A stretch of 64,000 nt of DNA, from positions 23,188,001 through 23,252,000 of the forward strand of contig OZ024748.1 of NCBI GenBank assembly GCA_964016885.1, in the 5' to 3' direction. Positions 49,740 to 62,824 of the stretch are shown here, in pieces. Made by a program: the position numbers and the translations under genes. Position 1 is the first letter of the stretch; each line of letters opens with the position of its first letter. The stretch is from Eledone cirrhosa (lineage: Eukaryota). The notes beneath the pieces are model-generated. The model was not told the origin of the DNA and made no database searches. It saw only the letters and a list, made by a program, of their open reading frames with translations.

Positions 49740-52430
49740 TTAGTAGTGGTGGTTGTGGTGTAGTAGTGGAGGTGGTAGTGGTGTTATTAGTAGTGGTGGT
49801 TGTGGTGTAGTAGTGGAGGTGGTAGTGGTGTTATTAGTAGTGGTGGTGGTAGTGGTGTTATTAGTAGTGGTGGTTGTAGTGATGTTATTAGTAGTGGTGG
49901 TGGTAGTGGTGTTATTAGTAGTGGAGGTGGTAGTGGTGTTATTAGTGGTGGTGGTGGTAGTGGTGTTATTAGTAGTGGGGGTGGTAGTGGTGTTATTAGT
50001 AGTGGAGGTGGTAGTGGTGTTATTAGTAGTGGAGGTGGTAGTGGTGTTATTAGTAGTCGTGGTGGTAGTGGTGATATTAGTAGTGGAGGTGGTAGTGGTG
50101 TTATTAGTAGTGGTGGTGGTAGTGGTGTTATTAGTAGTGGTGGTAGTGGTGTTATTAGTAGTGGTGGTGGTAGTGGTGTTATTAGTAGTGGGGGTGGTAG
50201 TGGTGTTATTAGTAGTGGAGGTGGTAGTGGTGTTATTAGTAGTGGTGGTTGTGGTGTAGTAGTGGAGGTGGTAGTGGTGTTATTAGTAGTGGGGGTGGTA
50301 GTGTAGTAGTGGAGGTGGTAGTGGTGTTATTAGTAGTGGGGGTGGTAGTGGTGTTATTAGTAGTGGAGGTGGTAGTGGTGATATTAGTAGTGGTGGTTGT
50401 AGTGGTGTTATTAGTAGTGGAGGTGGTAGTGGTGATATTAGTAGTGGTGGTTGTGGTGTAGTAGTGGAGGTGGTAGTGGTGTTATTAGTAGTGGGGGTGG
50501 TAGTGGTGTTATTAGTAGTGGTGGTGGTAGTGGTGTTATTAGTAGTGGGGGTGGTAGTGGTGATATTAGTAGTGGAGGTGGTAGTGGTGTTATTAGTAGT
50601 GGGGGTGGTAGTGGTGATATTAGTAGTGGGGGTGGTAGTGGTGTTATTAGTAGTGGTGGTGGTAGTGGTGTTATTAGTAGTGGAGGTGGTAGTGGTAATA
50701 TTAGTAGTGGTGGTGGTAGTGGTGATATTAGTAGTGGTGGTGGTAGTGGTGTTATTAGTAGTGGAGGTGGTAGTGGTGATATTAGTAGTGGTGGTGGTAG
50801 TGGTGTTATTAGTAGTGGAGGTGGTAGTGGTGTTATTAGTAGTGGTGGTGGTAGTGGTGTTATTAGTAGTGGTGGTGGTAGTGGTGTTATTAGTAGTGGT
50901 GGTGGTAGTGGTGTTATTAGTAGTGGTGGTGGTAGTGGTGTTATTAGTAGTGGTGGTGGTAGTGGTGTTATTAGTAATGGTGGTGGTAGTGGTGATATTA
51001 GTAGTGGTGGTGGTAGTGGTGTTATTAGTAGTGGAGGTGGTAGTGGTGTTATTAGTAGTGGTGGTGGTAGTGGTGTTATTAGTAGTGGAGGTGGTAGTGG
51101 TGTTATTAGTAGTGGTGGTTGTGGTGTAGTAGTGGAGGTGGTAGTGGTGATATTAGTAGTGGTGGTTGTAGTGGTGTTATTAGTAGTGGTGGTTGTAGTG
51201 GTGTTATTAGTAGTGGGGGTGGTAGTGGTGTTATTAGTAGTGGTGGTGGTAGTGGTGTTATTAGTAATGGTGGTGGTAGTGGTGATATTAGTAGTGGTGG
51301 TTGTGGTGTAGTAGTGGAGGTGGTAGTGGTGTTATTAGTAGTGGGGGTGGTAGTGGTGTTATTAGTAGTGGAGGTGGTAGTGGTGTTATTAGTAGTGGTG
51401 GTGGTAGTGGTGTTATTAGTAGTGGAGGTGGTAGTGGTGTTATTAGTAGTGGATGTGGTAGTGGTGTTATTAGTAGTGGAGGTGGTAGTGGTGATATTAG
51501 TAGTGGGGGTGGTAGTGGTGTTATTAGTAGTGGAGGTGGTAGTGGTGTTATTAGTAGTGGAGGTGGTAGTGGTGTTATTAGTAGTGGTGGTGGTAGTGGT
51601 GTTATTAGTAGTGGTGGTGGTAGTGGTGTTATTAGTAGTGGATGTGGTAGTGGTGTTATTAGTAGTGGTGGTGGTAGTGGTGTTATTAGTAGTGGTGGTG
51701 GTAGTGGTGTTATTAGTAGTGGAGGTGGTAGTGGTGTTATTAGTAGTGGTGGTTGTGGTGTAGTAGTGGAGGTGGTAGTGGTGATATTAGTAGTGGTGGT
51801 TGTAGTGGTGTTATTAGTAGTGGTGGTTGTAGTGGTGATATTAGTAGTGGTGGTGGTAGTGGTGTTATTAGTAGTGGATGTGGTAGTGGTGATATTAGTA
51901 GTGGTGGTGGTAGTGGTGATATTAGTAGTGGTGGTGGTAGTGGTGTTATTAGTAGTGGTGGTGGTAGTGGTGTTATTAGTAGTGGTGGTAGTGGTGTTAT
52001 TAGTAGTGGGGGTGGTAGTGGTGATATTAGTAGTGGAGGTGGTAGTGGTGTTATTAGTAGTGGTGGTGGTAGTGGTGTTATTAGTAGTGGTGGTAGTGGT
52101 GTTATTAGTAGTGGGGGTGGTAGTGGTGATATTAGTAGTGGTGGTTGTGGTGTAGTAGTGGAGGTGGTAGTGGTGTTATTAGTAGTGGAGGTGGTAGTGG
52201 TTATATTAGTGGTGGTGGTGGTAGTGGTGTTATTAGTAGTGGAGGTGGTTGTGGTGTTATTAGTAGTGGTGGTGGTAGTGGTGTTATTAGTAGTGGGGGT
52301 GGTAGTGGTGTTATTAGTAGTGGTGGTTGTGGTGTAGTAGTGGAGGTGGTAGTGGTGTTATTAGTAGTGGTGGTTGTTGTAGTGATATTAGTAGCTGTGG
52401 TTGTGGTGTAGTAGTGGAGGTGGTAGTGCT
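49740..52430. repeat. 27-bp minisatellite AGTAGTGGNGGTGGTAGTGGTG(T/A)TATT with occasional 20-bp variant units
   Basis: Direct reading; the 20-bp units shift frame, which argues against coding. Confidence 0.95.
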
Positions 52431-52923
52431 GGTGTGGTGGTGATGGTTGTGTGGTGGTGGTGGTGTGGTGGTGATAGTTGTGTGGTGGTGGTGGTGATGG
52501 TTGTGTGGTGGTGGTGGTGTGGTGGAGATGGTTGTGTGGTGGTGGTGGTGTGGTGGTGATGGTTGTGTGGTGGTGGTGGTGGTGATGGTTGTGTGGTGGC
52601 AGCTGTGTGGTGGTGACGGTTGTGTGGTGGTGATGGTGGTGGTGTGGTGGTGATGGTTGTGTGGTGGTGGTGGTGGTGATGGTTGTGTGGTGGCAGTGGT
52701 GTAGTGGTGCTGGTGTGGTGTAGTAGTGTGATGATGTGGTGGTGTGGTTGTCTGGTTTGGTAGTGTGGTATGGTGGTGTGGTGTGGTAGTGTGATGATGT
52801 GGCGGTGTGGTTGTCTGGTATGGTAGTGTGGTATGGTGGTGTGGTGTGGTAGTGTGGTGTGGTAGTGTGGCAGGTTGATGAGGAACAAATGAGATTAATC
52901 GTTGATGTTGTAATGAAAATGTC

Positions 52924-54119
52924 AACAGATGTTGTGGTGTGACGTCAACATATCTTGTGACAGTGAGGCAACTGTTGACACGTGATGTGGTGTCAACATA
53001 TCTTGTGACAGTGAGGGAACTGATGACAGATGATGTGGTGTCAACATATCCTGTGACAGTGAGGGAACTGATGACAGATGATGTGGTGTCAACATATCTT
53101 GCGACAGTGAGGCAACTGTTGACAGATGATGTGGTGTCAACATATCTTGTGACAGTGAGGGAACTGATGACAGATGATGTGGTGTCAACATATCTTGTGA
53201 CAGTGAGGGAACTGATGACAGATGATGTGGTGTCAACATATCTTGTGACAGTGAGGGAAGTGTTGACAGATGATGTTGTGTCAACATATCTTGTGACAGC
53301 GAGGGAGGTGTTGACAGATGATGTGGTGTCAACATATCTTGCGACAGTGAGGCAACTGTTGACAGATGATGTGGTGTCAACATATCTTGTGACAGTGAGG
53401 GAACTGATGACAGATGATGTGGTGTCAACATATCTTGTGACAGTGAGGGAACTGATGACAGATGATGTGGTGTCAACATATCTTGTGACAGTGAGGGAAG
53501 TGTTGACAGATGATGTGGTGTCAACATATCTTGTGACAGCGAGGGAGGTGTTGACAGATGATGTGGTGTCAACATATCTTGTGACAGTGAGGGAAGTGTT
53601 GACAGATGATGTGGTGTCAACATATCTTGTGACAGTGAGGCAACTGATGACAGATGATGTGGTGTCAACATATCTTGTGACAGTGAGGCAACTGATGACA
53701 GATGATGTGGTGTCAACATATCTTGTGACAGTGAGGGAAGTGTTGACAGATGATGTGGTGTCAAGATATCTTGTGACAGCGAGGGAGGTGTTGATAGATG
53801 ATGTGGTGTGGTGTCAACATATCTTGTGACAGTAAGGAACTGTTGACAGATGATGTGACGTCAACATATCTTGTGACAGTGAAGGAACTGTTGACAGATG
53901 ATGTGACATCAACATATCTTGTGACAGTGAAGGGACTGTTGACAGATGATGTCGTGTCAACATATCTTGTGACATTGAGGCAACTGTTGACAGATGATCT
54001 GGTGTCAACATATCTTGTGACAGTGAGATAACTGTTGACAGATGATGTGGTGTCAACTTATCTTGTGACAGTGAGGGAACTGTTGACAGATGATGTGACG
54101 TCAACATATCTTGTCAACA
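52924..54119. repeat. 48-bp minisatellite, ~25 copies, with internal inverted repeat TGTTGACA..TGTCAACA
   Basis: Unit GACAGATGATGTGGTGTCAACATATCTTGTGACAGTGAGGGAACTGWT. Confidence 0.97.
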
Positions 54120-54164
54120 TAATGATGTGTTTAGTAATGTGTTTAGTGATGTGTTTTGTGTGAA

Positions 54165-55200
54165 GTTATATTGATAGTGTCAACAGTGTTGGCAGTATGG
54201 AGATAATTGATAGTGTGGAGATAGTTGATAATGTTGACAGTGTAAATATGAATCCAGTGTAAATATGAATCCAGTGTAAATATGAATCCAGTGTAAATAT
54301 GAATACAGTGTAAATATGAATCCAGTGTAAATATGAATACAGTGTAAATATGATGACTGTAAATATGATAGCTATAAATATGATGACAGTGTAAATATGA
54401 TAACTGTGTAAATATAATTGTTTCTACTTTTGGCACAAGGCCAGAAAATACCCAGTGTATTACTGGTACTTTATTTTATCGACCACATAAGGATGAAAGG
54501 CAAAGATAACCTCGACGCGATTTGAACTCAGAGCGTAAAGGGACGTAACTATGCTAGAGAGCATGGCGTCCAACCCTCTACCGACACTGCCAATTCACCG
54601 CCCTAACTGTGTAAATATGATGACTGTAAATATGATGGCAGTGTAAATATGATGACTGTAAATATGATAAGATTGTGGATTCGATGACAGTGTAAATATG
54701 ACAGTGTAGATATTATGACAGTGTAGATATGATAACATTGTGGATTTGATGACAGTGTAAATATGACAGTGTAGATATTATGACAGTGTAGATATGATAA
54801 CATTGTGGATTTGATGACAGTGTAAATATGACAGTGTAGATATTATGACAGTGTAGATATGATAACATTGTGGATTTGATGGCAGTGTAAATATGACAGT
54901 GTAGATATTATGACAGTGTAGATATGATGACAGTGTAGATATGTTGGCAGTGTAGATATGTTGACAGTGTAGATATGATGACAGTGTAGATATGATGACA
55001 GTGTAGATATAATGAGAGTATAGATATGATGAGAGTATAGATATGATAACAGTGTAGATATGATGACAGTGTTGGTATGATAACAGTGTAGATATGATGA
55101 CAGTGTTGGTATGATAACAGTGTAGATATGATGACAGTGTAGATATTATGACAGTGTAGATATGTTGACAGTGTAGATATGATGACAGTGTTGATAAAAG
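54165..55200. repeat. ~19-bp minisatellite (GACAGTGTARATATGAT-like) interrupted by a SINE
   Basis: Direct reading. Confidence 0.9.
54416..54603 (-). mobile_element. Full-length tRNA-derived SINE with 15-bp target-site duplication
   Basis: Reverse complement of 8834-9023; TAACTGTGTAAATAT at 54401-15 and 54604-18. Confidence 0.9.
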
Positions 55201-55407
55201 TGTGGATTTGAACTCAGAATCTAAAGGTCTGTAATAATATGCCACAAAGCATGTTGTTCGGCACTGTACCGATTATTATTGCCAATCCAATAACAATAAT
55301 AGCGCAAAAACTTTACACCAAAGCCAATTTCAACTGAATCCAGAAGAGCTTCGTGAAAAAAAAACGGTGGCATGGTTCTATAATCTAAAAAAGCAGAGCA
55401 AATGAAT

Positions 55408-55560
<153 letters not shown>

Positions 55561-55897
55561 ACATATATATATATGCACGAATATTGTGACAAGAGGGATG
55601 GGAAAAGCATAAATTTTGTGCATTACCATATAATGAATAATCTATAAACGGTCATGATAATCGATATCTTGTATCCATAAACATGGACTGTAATCCATAT
55701 CGGTTAATCATTAACAGCTAGTCCCTGTTTTACTATCTGACATAATATATCTCATTATTGCTGCAAAAGTGTAGAACTGTTCGTCTATATGTGTACATAT
55801 GTATGTATGGGTATGGGCGTATGTGTCTGTGGTTAAGTCTGCGTTTAAGAAAATGCATATGCTCGTATGTGCCCGATATTTACTCACATACGCTCAT

Positions 55898-55957
<60 letters not shown>

Positions 55958-55960
55958 CTA

Positions 55961-56037
55961 CAGGATGTCCCAATAAAATGTATACATATTTTTGTACTGG
56001 TATTCAAAATGTCTATGCATTTTTGGGGGACACCCTG
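55961..56037. mobile_element. 77-bp Tc1/mariner-type MITE
   Basis: TIRs CAGGATGTCCC.. / ..GGGACACCCTG with TA on both sides (55959-60, 56038-39). Confidence 0.75.
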
Positions 56038-56089
56038 TATATATAAGCATATATCAAGCCTTTTAAAAAATATTTCTGTGTGTATGTGC

Positions 56090-56187
<98 letters not shown>

Positions 56188-56279
56188 ATATACTACTTTG
56201 TTTACTTACGCAAACATAACCTGCAGAAGATAAATATTCGAAAAACCATTCTCTTAAGATGTAAATATATTCAATAAAT

Positions 56280-56348
<69 letters not shown>

Positions 56349-56539
56349 ATATATACTGTTTATAGGCACACACGCGCGCGCACACACATACATATATATA
56401 TGTGCTTGTGTGCGTGTATGTTTGAGTGTGTGTACATGTATACATGTATATGATGACGCAAGCTATGTTATGTGTTGTGTGATATATATTGATGTATTAG
56501 AAAGTTTACTATGTTGTATCACAATGAATTAGAAATGTC

Positions 56540-56808
56540 GGGCCTCCGTCGGTTTCGATGAAATTTTGCAGTTGATCGATCAACGGAACAACCTGTTCGT
56601 AAAATTAACATGCACGCGACTGAGCATTCTACAGACACGTGTACCCTAAACGCAGTTCCCTGGGAGATTGAGCTTGACTGTACTTTCAATTATAAAAAAC
56701 TTATTTTCGTCAGTAAAGTGTCTTGCTGAAGGACACAATGCGCCGCTGAGAATCGAACTCATGACCTTACGGTCCTGAGCTAAACGCCTTACCCATTAAG
56801 CCACGCGT
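56540..56808 (-). mobile_element. Second tRNA-derived SINE family (internally deleted or decayed)
   Basis: Minus strand CGTGGCTTAATGG (A box)..GAGTTCGATTC (B box)..GTGTCCTTCAGCAAGACACT; 56540-56680 is likely its body. Confidence 0.6.
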
Positions 56809-56935
56809 TGTATAATTTCACCTAACAATTCTGTTGTTTAATAATTGATTGAGTAAAATCATGGTCTTGCATTTTTGTAATTTGTTCTTGTAATGTGATA
56901 TCATTTGCCGCCCTTGCTTGCAGTAAATAAATAAC

Positions 56936-57750
56936 AATCATTATTAAAAGGGCGGACAATATGCTTAGTGGCATAGAGTTATGGCCCTTTACGGTCTGAG
57001 TTCAAATCCCATCAAGGTTAGCTTTGCCTTTCAACATTACGGGGTCGATAATATAAAGTACCAGTAACGTACTGGCGTCGATTTAATCGACTTTCCCCTC
57101 TCCCCAAATTACTGGCCTTGTGCCTATACTAGAAATCATTATTAAAAGGGATGCTTAGTGGAATAGAGTTATGGCCCTTTACGTTCCGAGTTCAAATCCA
57201 ACCAAGGTTAGCTTTGCAAATCATCATTCCGGGGTCGATAAAATAAAGTACCAGTACCGCCCTTCTTCAATTTGTTGGCTTTGTGACTAAAGTAGAACGG
57301 TGGATTGGCAGTATCGGTAGAGGGTCGGATGCCATGCTTTGCAGCATAGTTACGTCCATTTATGATCTGAGTTCAAATCCCGCCGAGGTTGACTTTGCCT
57401 TTCATCCTTACGGGGTCGATAAAATAAAGTACCAGTAATGCACTGGGTAATTGCTGGCCTTGTGCCTAAAGTAGAAACTATTATTAAAAGGGTGTTGAGT
57501 TAGCAGGAACATCTAACAAACTGACTTGAGGTGTTTCTTGCGGTCTTTTAATCCTGCCGAGATCAACTTTGACGTACATCTTGTCGGTGTAAGATGTACC
57601 ATTGATAAAGTAGTTTGGTATCTCTTCCGGGTTTTTACCTTCTGAGTTCAAATCTCTCTGAGGTTAACTTCGCCTTTCATTCGTCCGGGATCGATAAAAT
57701 AAAATACTGTTCCCCTTCCCCAGAATTTCTGGCCACATGACAATGTTACA
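56936..57750 (+). mobile_element. Head-to-tail cluster of 4-5 SINE copies (best copy 57298-57483)
   Basis: GAGTTCAAATC..GGGGTCGATAA..AAGTACCAG at ~57000, ~57190 and ~57370, plus a more decayed copy at ~57645; junction ATTATTAAAAGGG recurs at ~56940, ~57138, ~57480. Confidence 0.8.
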
Positions 57751-57813
57751 AAAAATTAATATTTAATACTGCTGTTGTTGTCCTGTCTAATGTTTAGGTC
57801 CTATACGCTACAG

Positions 57814-57998
57814 CAGTGTTTCCCAAACTTTTCCAAACGCGGAACCTTTTTTGGTTCAGAAATTTTAGGAGGAACCCTAAAGTCTAATACTGTTATATGG
57901 TCGTAATATAAATATACTCCTCTACCTTTTTTCATGGAACCCCAGACACTCCTTTGTGGTAGCCTTAGGTTCGGCAGAGCCCACTTTGGGAACCACTG
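57814..57998. mobile_element. hAT (Charlie-like) MITE
   Basis: TIRs CAGTGTTTCCCAAA / TTTGGGAACCACTG; degenerate 8-bp flanks CGCTACAG / TCCTAGAG; GGAACC subterminal motifs. Confidence 0.75.
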
Positions 57999-58321
57999 TC
58001 CTAGAGTAACTACACTGTGCTTTTAAGATAGAGTAGATTTCTGTTAATACGATTTTTTTTCCCATTTTAGTGATAATAACTTTATCCGAATATGGCCGTT
58101 CCTTCGAAATGCTATCTTCTAATAAGGAAGTTTTACGTGGCAGGGATTTCTTTCTTTTTTGCTTTGTATCTCGTTCCATTACTTCCAGCACTGCAACAGT
58201 TACAGGAATGTTCTTATCATTTGTAATTGTTTGTGTCTTGATATTTCATTAAGTAAGTGTCTTCTACGACTGTAGAGGTTATGTTATTACACAAGGTCTC
58301 ATACCTCATTCTGTAGAAGAG

Positions 58322-58376
<55 letters not shown>

Positions 58377-58574
58377 ATATATAATATTAAAAATACTATT
58401 TATAGTTATGTATGCATATACTATACTATAAACAACTACAAACAGGGAAGGTCAGTAATTTATTACTACCTTATTACCAGTAAGAGAAATAGCTCAATGT
58501 AAGAACATCAGTAGTTTTACAGAGCAGTAATATAGAATACACAAGTATCAAAGTTATGTTTAATATATTTTAAT

Positions 58575-58621
58575 CGCTGACAATTGTTTCTTCCAAACTT
58601 AGGCCTGGAGTCCTCGGAGCA
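58575..58621 (-). ncRNA. Hammerhead-like motif with variant core CCGAGGA
   Basis: Minus strand: TGCT-CCGAGGA-CTCCAGGCCTAAGTTTGGAA-GAAA-CAATTG-TC-AGCG. Confidence 0.55.
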
Positions 58622-58899
58622 TTATCAATGTTTGTACATATAATTAACCTCCTATTCAACTGAAGAATCATACAGATACATATATATTGATGTTGTGGAC
58701 AACAGTTTCATGTTTACAGTGTGGAATGGATGCGACATATATTGTACAATAATTCAAATTAAGATTAAAATTAAAATTAAAATTAAAATTAAAATTAAAA
58801 TTAAAATTAAAATTAAAATTAAAAGCATAGGGTGGAATACATGCGTCAGATAATACAGATAATACAAGAGAATAGTCTAATAATTAAAATAAATGATAA

Positions 58900-58946
58900 T
58901 GTTCCGAGGACTCCAAGCTTAAGTTTGGAAGAAACAATTGTCAGCG
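58900..58946 (+). ncRNA. Hammerhead-like motif with variant core CCGAGGA
   Basis: TGTT-CCGAGGA-CTCCAAGCTTAAGTTTGGAA-GAAA-CAATTG-TC-AGCG; GUC triplet. Confidence 0.55.
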
Positions 58947-60253
58947 ATTAAATGTTTTAAACATAACTTTGATACTTGTGTATTCTATATAAATATATAT
59001 ATATATATAATTCTCGGGATCCAATAGTTAGGTCAACACGTGGTGTAAGAACGTTTTAACTGTGGCGGCAGATACAAACAGGACTGGACGTCATATCCGC
59101 AAGAAAGAGGGGCGAAGTACTAGTCGCAGTGTCAGCAGCTCAACAAATTAAAAATTTGGAGTAATTATATACTAATTTAAGGTATCACAAGATATATAAT
59201 ATGTGTGATGCTTGTGTTTCTCAGTAGAAACGCTCAATGGACATTTGCCCAGACCATATATAATTGTGGTATTTGTCAGCCATTTTTTTTAGATGTAATT
59301 CACATTAATAATTCCCTTGTTCTCGTATCTATTTGTTTATTTCCTACTATTTCTAGTTTATAACATGAAAGCTGTAGCTCCCTGCTAGGACTCTTAACGT
59401 TTTTCTCTTATATCTATTGTTAACATCATTCATTAAAATCACTCTAGCTTGACCATATATTCCTTTTGTTTTATTAAGTCCTCTATTTTGCTATGTTCAT
59501 TCGTTTCCTTTCGTTGATCGCCAGCAATATAGACAGTTCTTGCTTTCCTAATTCGTATATTATTCTATATAGTTGATTTCCTTGTCAAAATGTATTGACT
59601 TGGTCATCTTAGTGAAGTGGCATATTTATCAAATTCAACCTCTATATTAGTGTTGGTGCTATAAAGTCTTGCAACTTTGAAAATATCCTCCTAACTATGT
59701 TAATATAAATATTCAACTTGCACATTATTTATTGATTACTCTTTTGCACTATATATATATATTGTTATATTCTTATATTTGGGGAGGGTCATATTGTTAT
59801 AATATTACCAGAAATAATAATAAAACACTCTGTTTGGTTTTGATTGGTTTTCGATTCTGTATATTTTATATCCCCATAGCTAATTCAGCTGGCAATCAGT
59901 GTTTATCATTGATTGACCAACTGTTAAAAATATAGATATAAATATATATATATATATCCATCAAATATATATATCTATGAAAGTTCTTTTATCACGCACC
60001 TGTAACATCATCAGTAGTATTATTATGTTCCTCCCGTTGTATTGTAATGTCTACGCCATTTTTATTGCAGAATAATGTTGCTTATAAGTAGTTGTTACAT
60101 CGTAACTTCTAGAGGATAAGCCGGTTCTAGCCACCCAAAGCACTTCACGTGAGTAGTTTATCCCAGGTAGGTGTTGGTGATTATGAATGACGGAGTATTA
60201 ATTTATCAAATAATGGTAGTTAAGACGGGATTAATTCACCATAATTGTTTATT

Positions 60254-60304
60254 GCATGATATACATTTCTATTACATGGTTATTCATGTGACTTCATCAG
60301 ATTC
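60254..60304 (-). ncRNA. Degenerate type I hammerhead ribozyme
   Basis: Minus strand: GAAT-CTGATGA-AGTCACATG..CATGTAATA-GAAA-TGTATA-TC-ATGC; weak stem I. Confidence 0.45.
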
Positions 60305-60345
60305 TTGCGCGATCATAGGTGCAGTTATGCAATCATTGGGATATG

Positions 60346-60347
<2 letters not shown>

Positions 60348-60431
<84 letters not shown>

Positions 60432-60468
60432 TGTGTGTGTACCTGTACATGTGTGCGTGCGTATGTGT
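60348..60468. repeat. (TG)n microsatellite
   Basis: Direct reading. Confidence 0.95.
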
Positions 60469-61021
60469 AAAAAGCCAATGATTGGAGGACTTTATTTACA
60501 GTCTATACTGTGATTATCTAAACGCGAAAACTGGTTAAGTTGACAAACTATTGATGCTAATCGGTAACAACTACTTACTATCATTATAAAAAGAGTTATT
60601 ATAAAATGTATATTAAATACATTCTTTGGGTGAATTTTCATGAAGAATTTTCAGGGACAAATTAAAACGATTTACTTTTAAATTTGGAAGTAACATATCT
60701 CTATTATTCTTGTGTGGGACTGATTTAATCTATACCAGCCATTCTGGTTCTTGAAAGATTAAACCTATGACCGCATATTCTTGAAGTTTAGTTCATAAGG
60801 ACTAATTTATCCAACGTGCTCTTCTTTTTGTGATTTGGTTTTATTTGGCTATAGTATGTAGAGCGACCCCAGAGAGTTTACTGGTGCGAATTATATTATC
60901 TTACTAAATGATAATGTTTGTATGTGTTAGCGAAAGGTGCCGATATTTTCTTAAGAAATGTTATATTTTGTCTATTGTATGTGATTTCCAGTTGCCTTCT
61001 TCTTTCAGTATCAGATCTCAA

Positions 61022-61058
61022 GCTGTAATAATATCTGTCTATTCCTGTGGTAGTATGT

Positions 61059-61126
<68 letters not shown>

Positions 61127-61154
61127 GCTGCAATATCTGTCTAATCCTGTGTTA

Positions 61155-61186
<32 letters not shown>

Positions 61187-61285
61187 CTATTCCTGTGGTG
61201 GTATAAATTTATATATATATATATATATACACACTGTCTAACCATATATATACTGTAATATCTGTCTATTCCTGTGGTGGTATAT
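61022..61285. repeat. Four imperfect copies of (CTGTAATATC)TGTCTATTCCTGTGGT interleaved with (AT)n
   Basis: Copies near 61024, 61128, 61183, 61253. Confidence 0.75.
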
Positions 61286-62824
61286 ACATTGTCTTCAATT
61301 TTTCTTTGGTGTTGTGATTTATTGTAGTTCTTTCATGGGATTTTTCTACTTCACATATTTTTCTCCAAAATGTTTGGTTTCATGATTTTCTTGTTTAATT
61401 CTCTGTAAAGATCTTGTTTTTATCTTCTCGGAATATTTTATTTTGTTTGAATGTTTTTTTTTATTATTGTTTTCTATATATTCTATAATACTCAGCTTTC
61501 ATCTGTTGAATTAATATTTTTTGTTTGCTTGTTATTTTTTTTCTTTAGGATATGTTTCTGATACTGCCATGGTTTTGTTTTGGATCTCTCATAGTATCGC
61601 GTCATATATTTTCTTTCATTTGATATTTCTTTGCTTTCAGGCAGGTTCTGTTGTATGTTTTCTCTTGTTTTCTGAAATATTACGACATCAGCAACTTTAG
61701 TTGCTGTACCCTCTCTAGCGTACAATCATTGGTTTATACACGTTGTATCTATATAATTTATTTTTCCTACAATTATTTCTAATGCATGATAAATTTGTCT
61801 GATAAAGGCTTTGTTTGTACGTTATACGATATCCTGCTGAATTGTGATCTGTCTTCAATTTCTATCAATTTTATCTCTTCAAATCCTTTCTTTAATTTTT
61901 TCTGTCGTACTTTCTAGATGACTGCCTTCATTTGCTTCAGTTAACAGCAGACGTTCATCTATATTCGTACTCTTGGCATTACTTGGTTTGATTTTACAGC
62001 TGGATTCTATTGTAGCCTGGATTGTGTTACAGTTATGTTTTGTTATAACCTGCAAGTGTGTTGTACGATTATTTTATATATATTTTCCTGAACAGCTAAG
62101 ATTGTTTCGTTGCTGTTGTTTTTTAAACATTCCTTCTTACGTTTGATAATTTTATCCTATTTTCTTGTAAGGAAATATTGGTTCTGGGAATCTATTATTT
62201 TTGTTTTTGCTAGTTATATTAACTTGACTTCACGATTTTGCATGGGGATGTTTAAGCTGTCGATATTTTAAAAATAATCTCTAAGTGCTCGGTTCTAATC
62301 CATATCTCCCTCAAACGTTTCTTTATAGTTATTTTGACATAGCAGCACACCATGTGTTTCTCCACCACCAATTAATTCTCACTGCAGACCTTGTTGCATT
62401 GTTTATTTTTCAATTTCATAATTTTGGGGGGAAGAAGTGAGACTGGAATTGTATTGTAATCATGGATAAATTAAAAAGCTTATATTGATTTGATTAATCA
62501 TATCTAATCATCGATATTTGTCCAGTAATTTATAATGTGATTATTTCTCTCTCTCATATCTTGAGGAATATATTTAATCCATCATATGGTTTAACAACTT
62601 TACCGAGCCCCTAAGGGCCTTTAGCAAAGTGTTGCAAGCATTCGGGTCAAGACATGGGTTCTGTCCGTCTTGATTAACAAATAGAAAACCTTACAATTGG
62701 CGTTGACTTGATCTCCCAACATTCTCTAAGCGTTCGGATCGAGCATTTTGTAGCAGTCTAGCAGTTTCGGTGCTGGTGATTATTGGTATATTGATGCTTA
62801 CCGTCGACCTCACCCTAAGATGGT

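Larger units (their letters stand above)
58530..58990. mobile_element. Fold-back element with ~97-bp diverged inverted arms, each holding an HHR-like motif; (TTAAAA)n in the spacer
   Basis: 58530-58627 is approximately the reverse complement of 58894-58990. Confidence 0.75.

Noticed and set aside
49753-52411. SSGGGSGVI repeat ORFs
   Set aside because: Frame repeatedly shifted by 20-bp units
52924-54119. CRISPR-like or HHR array (palindromic repeat, CTGATGA in some units)
   Set aside because: No unique spacers, no cas genes, eukaryotic context; no GAAA/UH partner for the CTGATGA
56670-56718. Minus-strand CTGACGA..GAAAGTACAGTC
   Set aside because: Stems I and III do not pair; lies within a SINE remnant
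58655-58692. CTGAAGA..GATACATATATATTGA
   Set aside because: GAAA not intact and stem II too short
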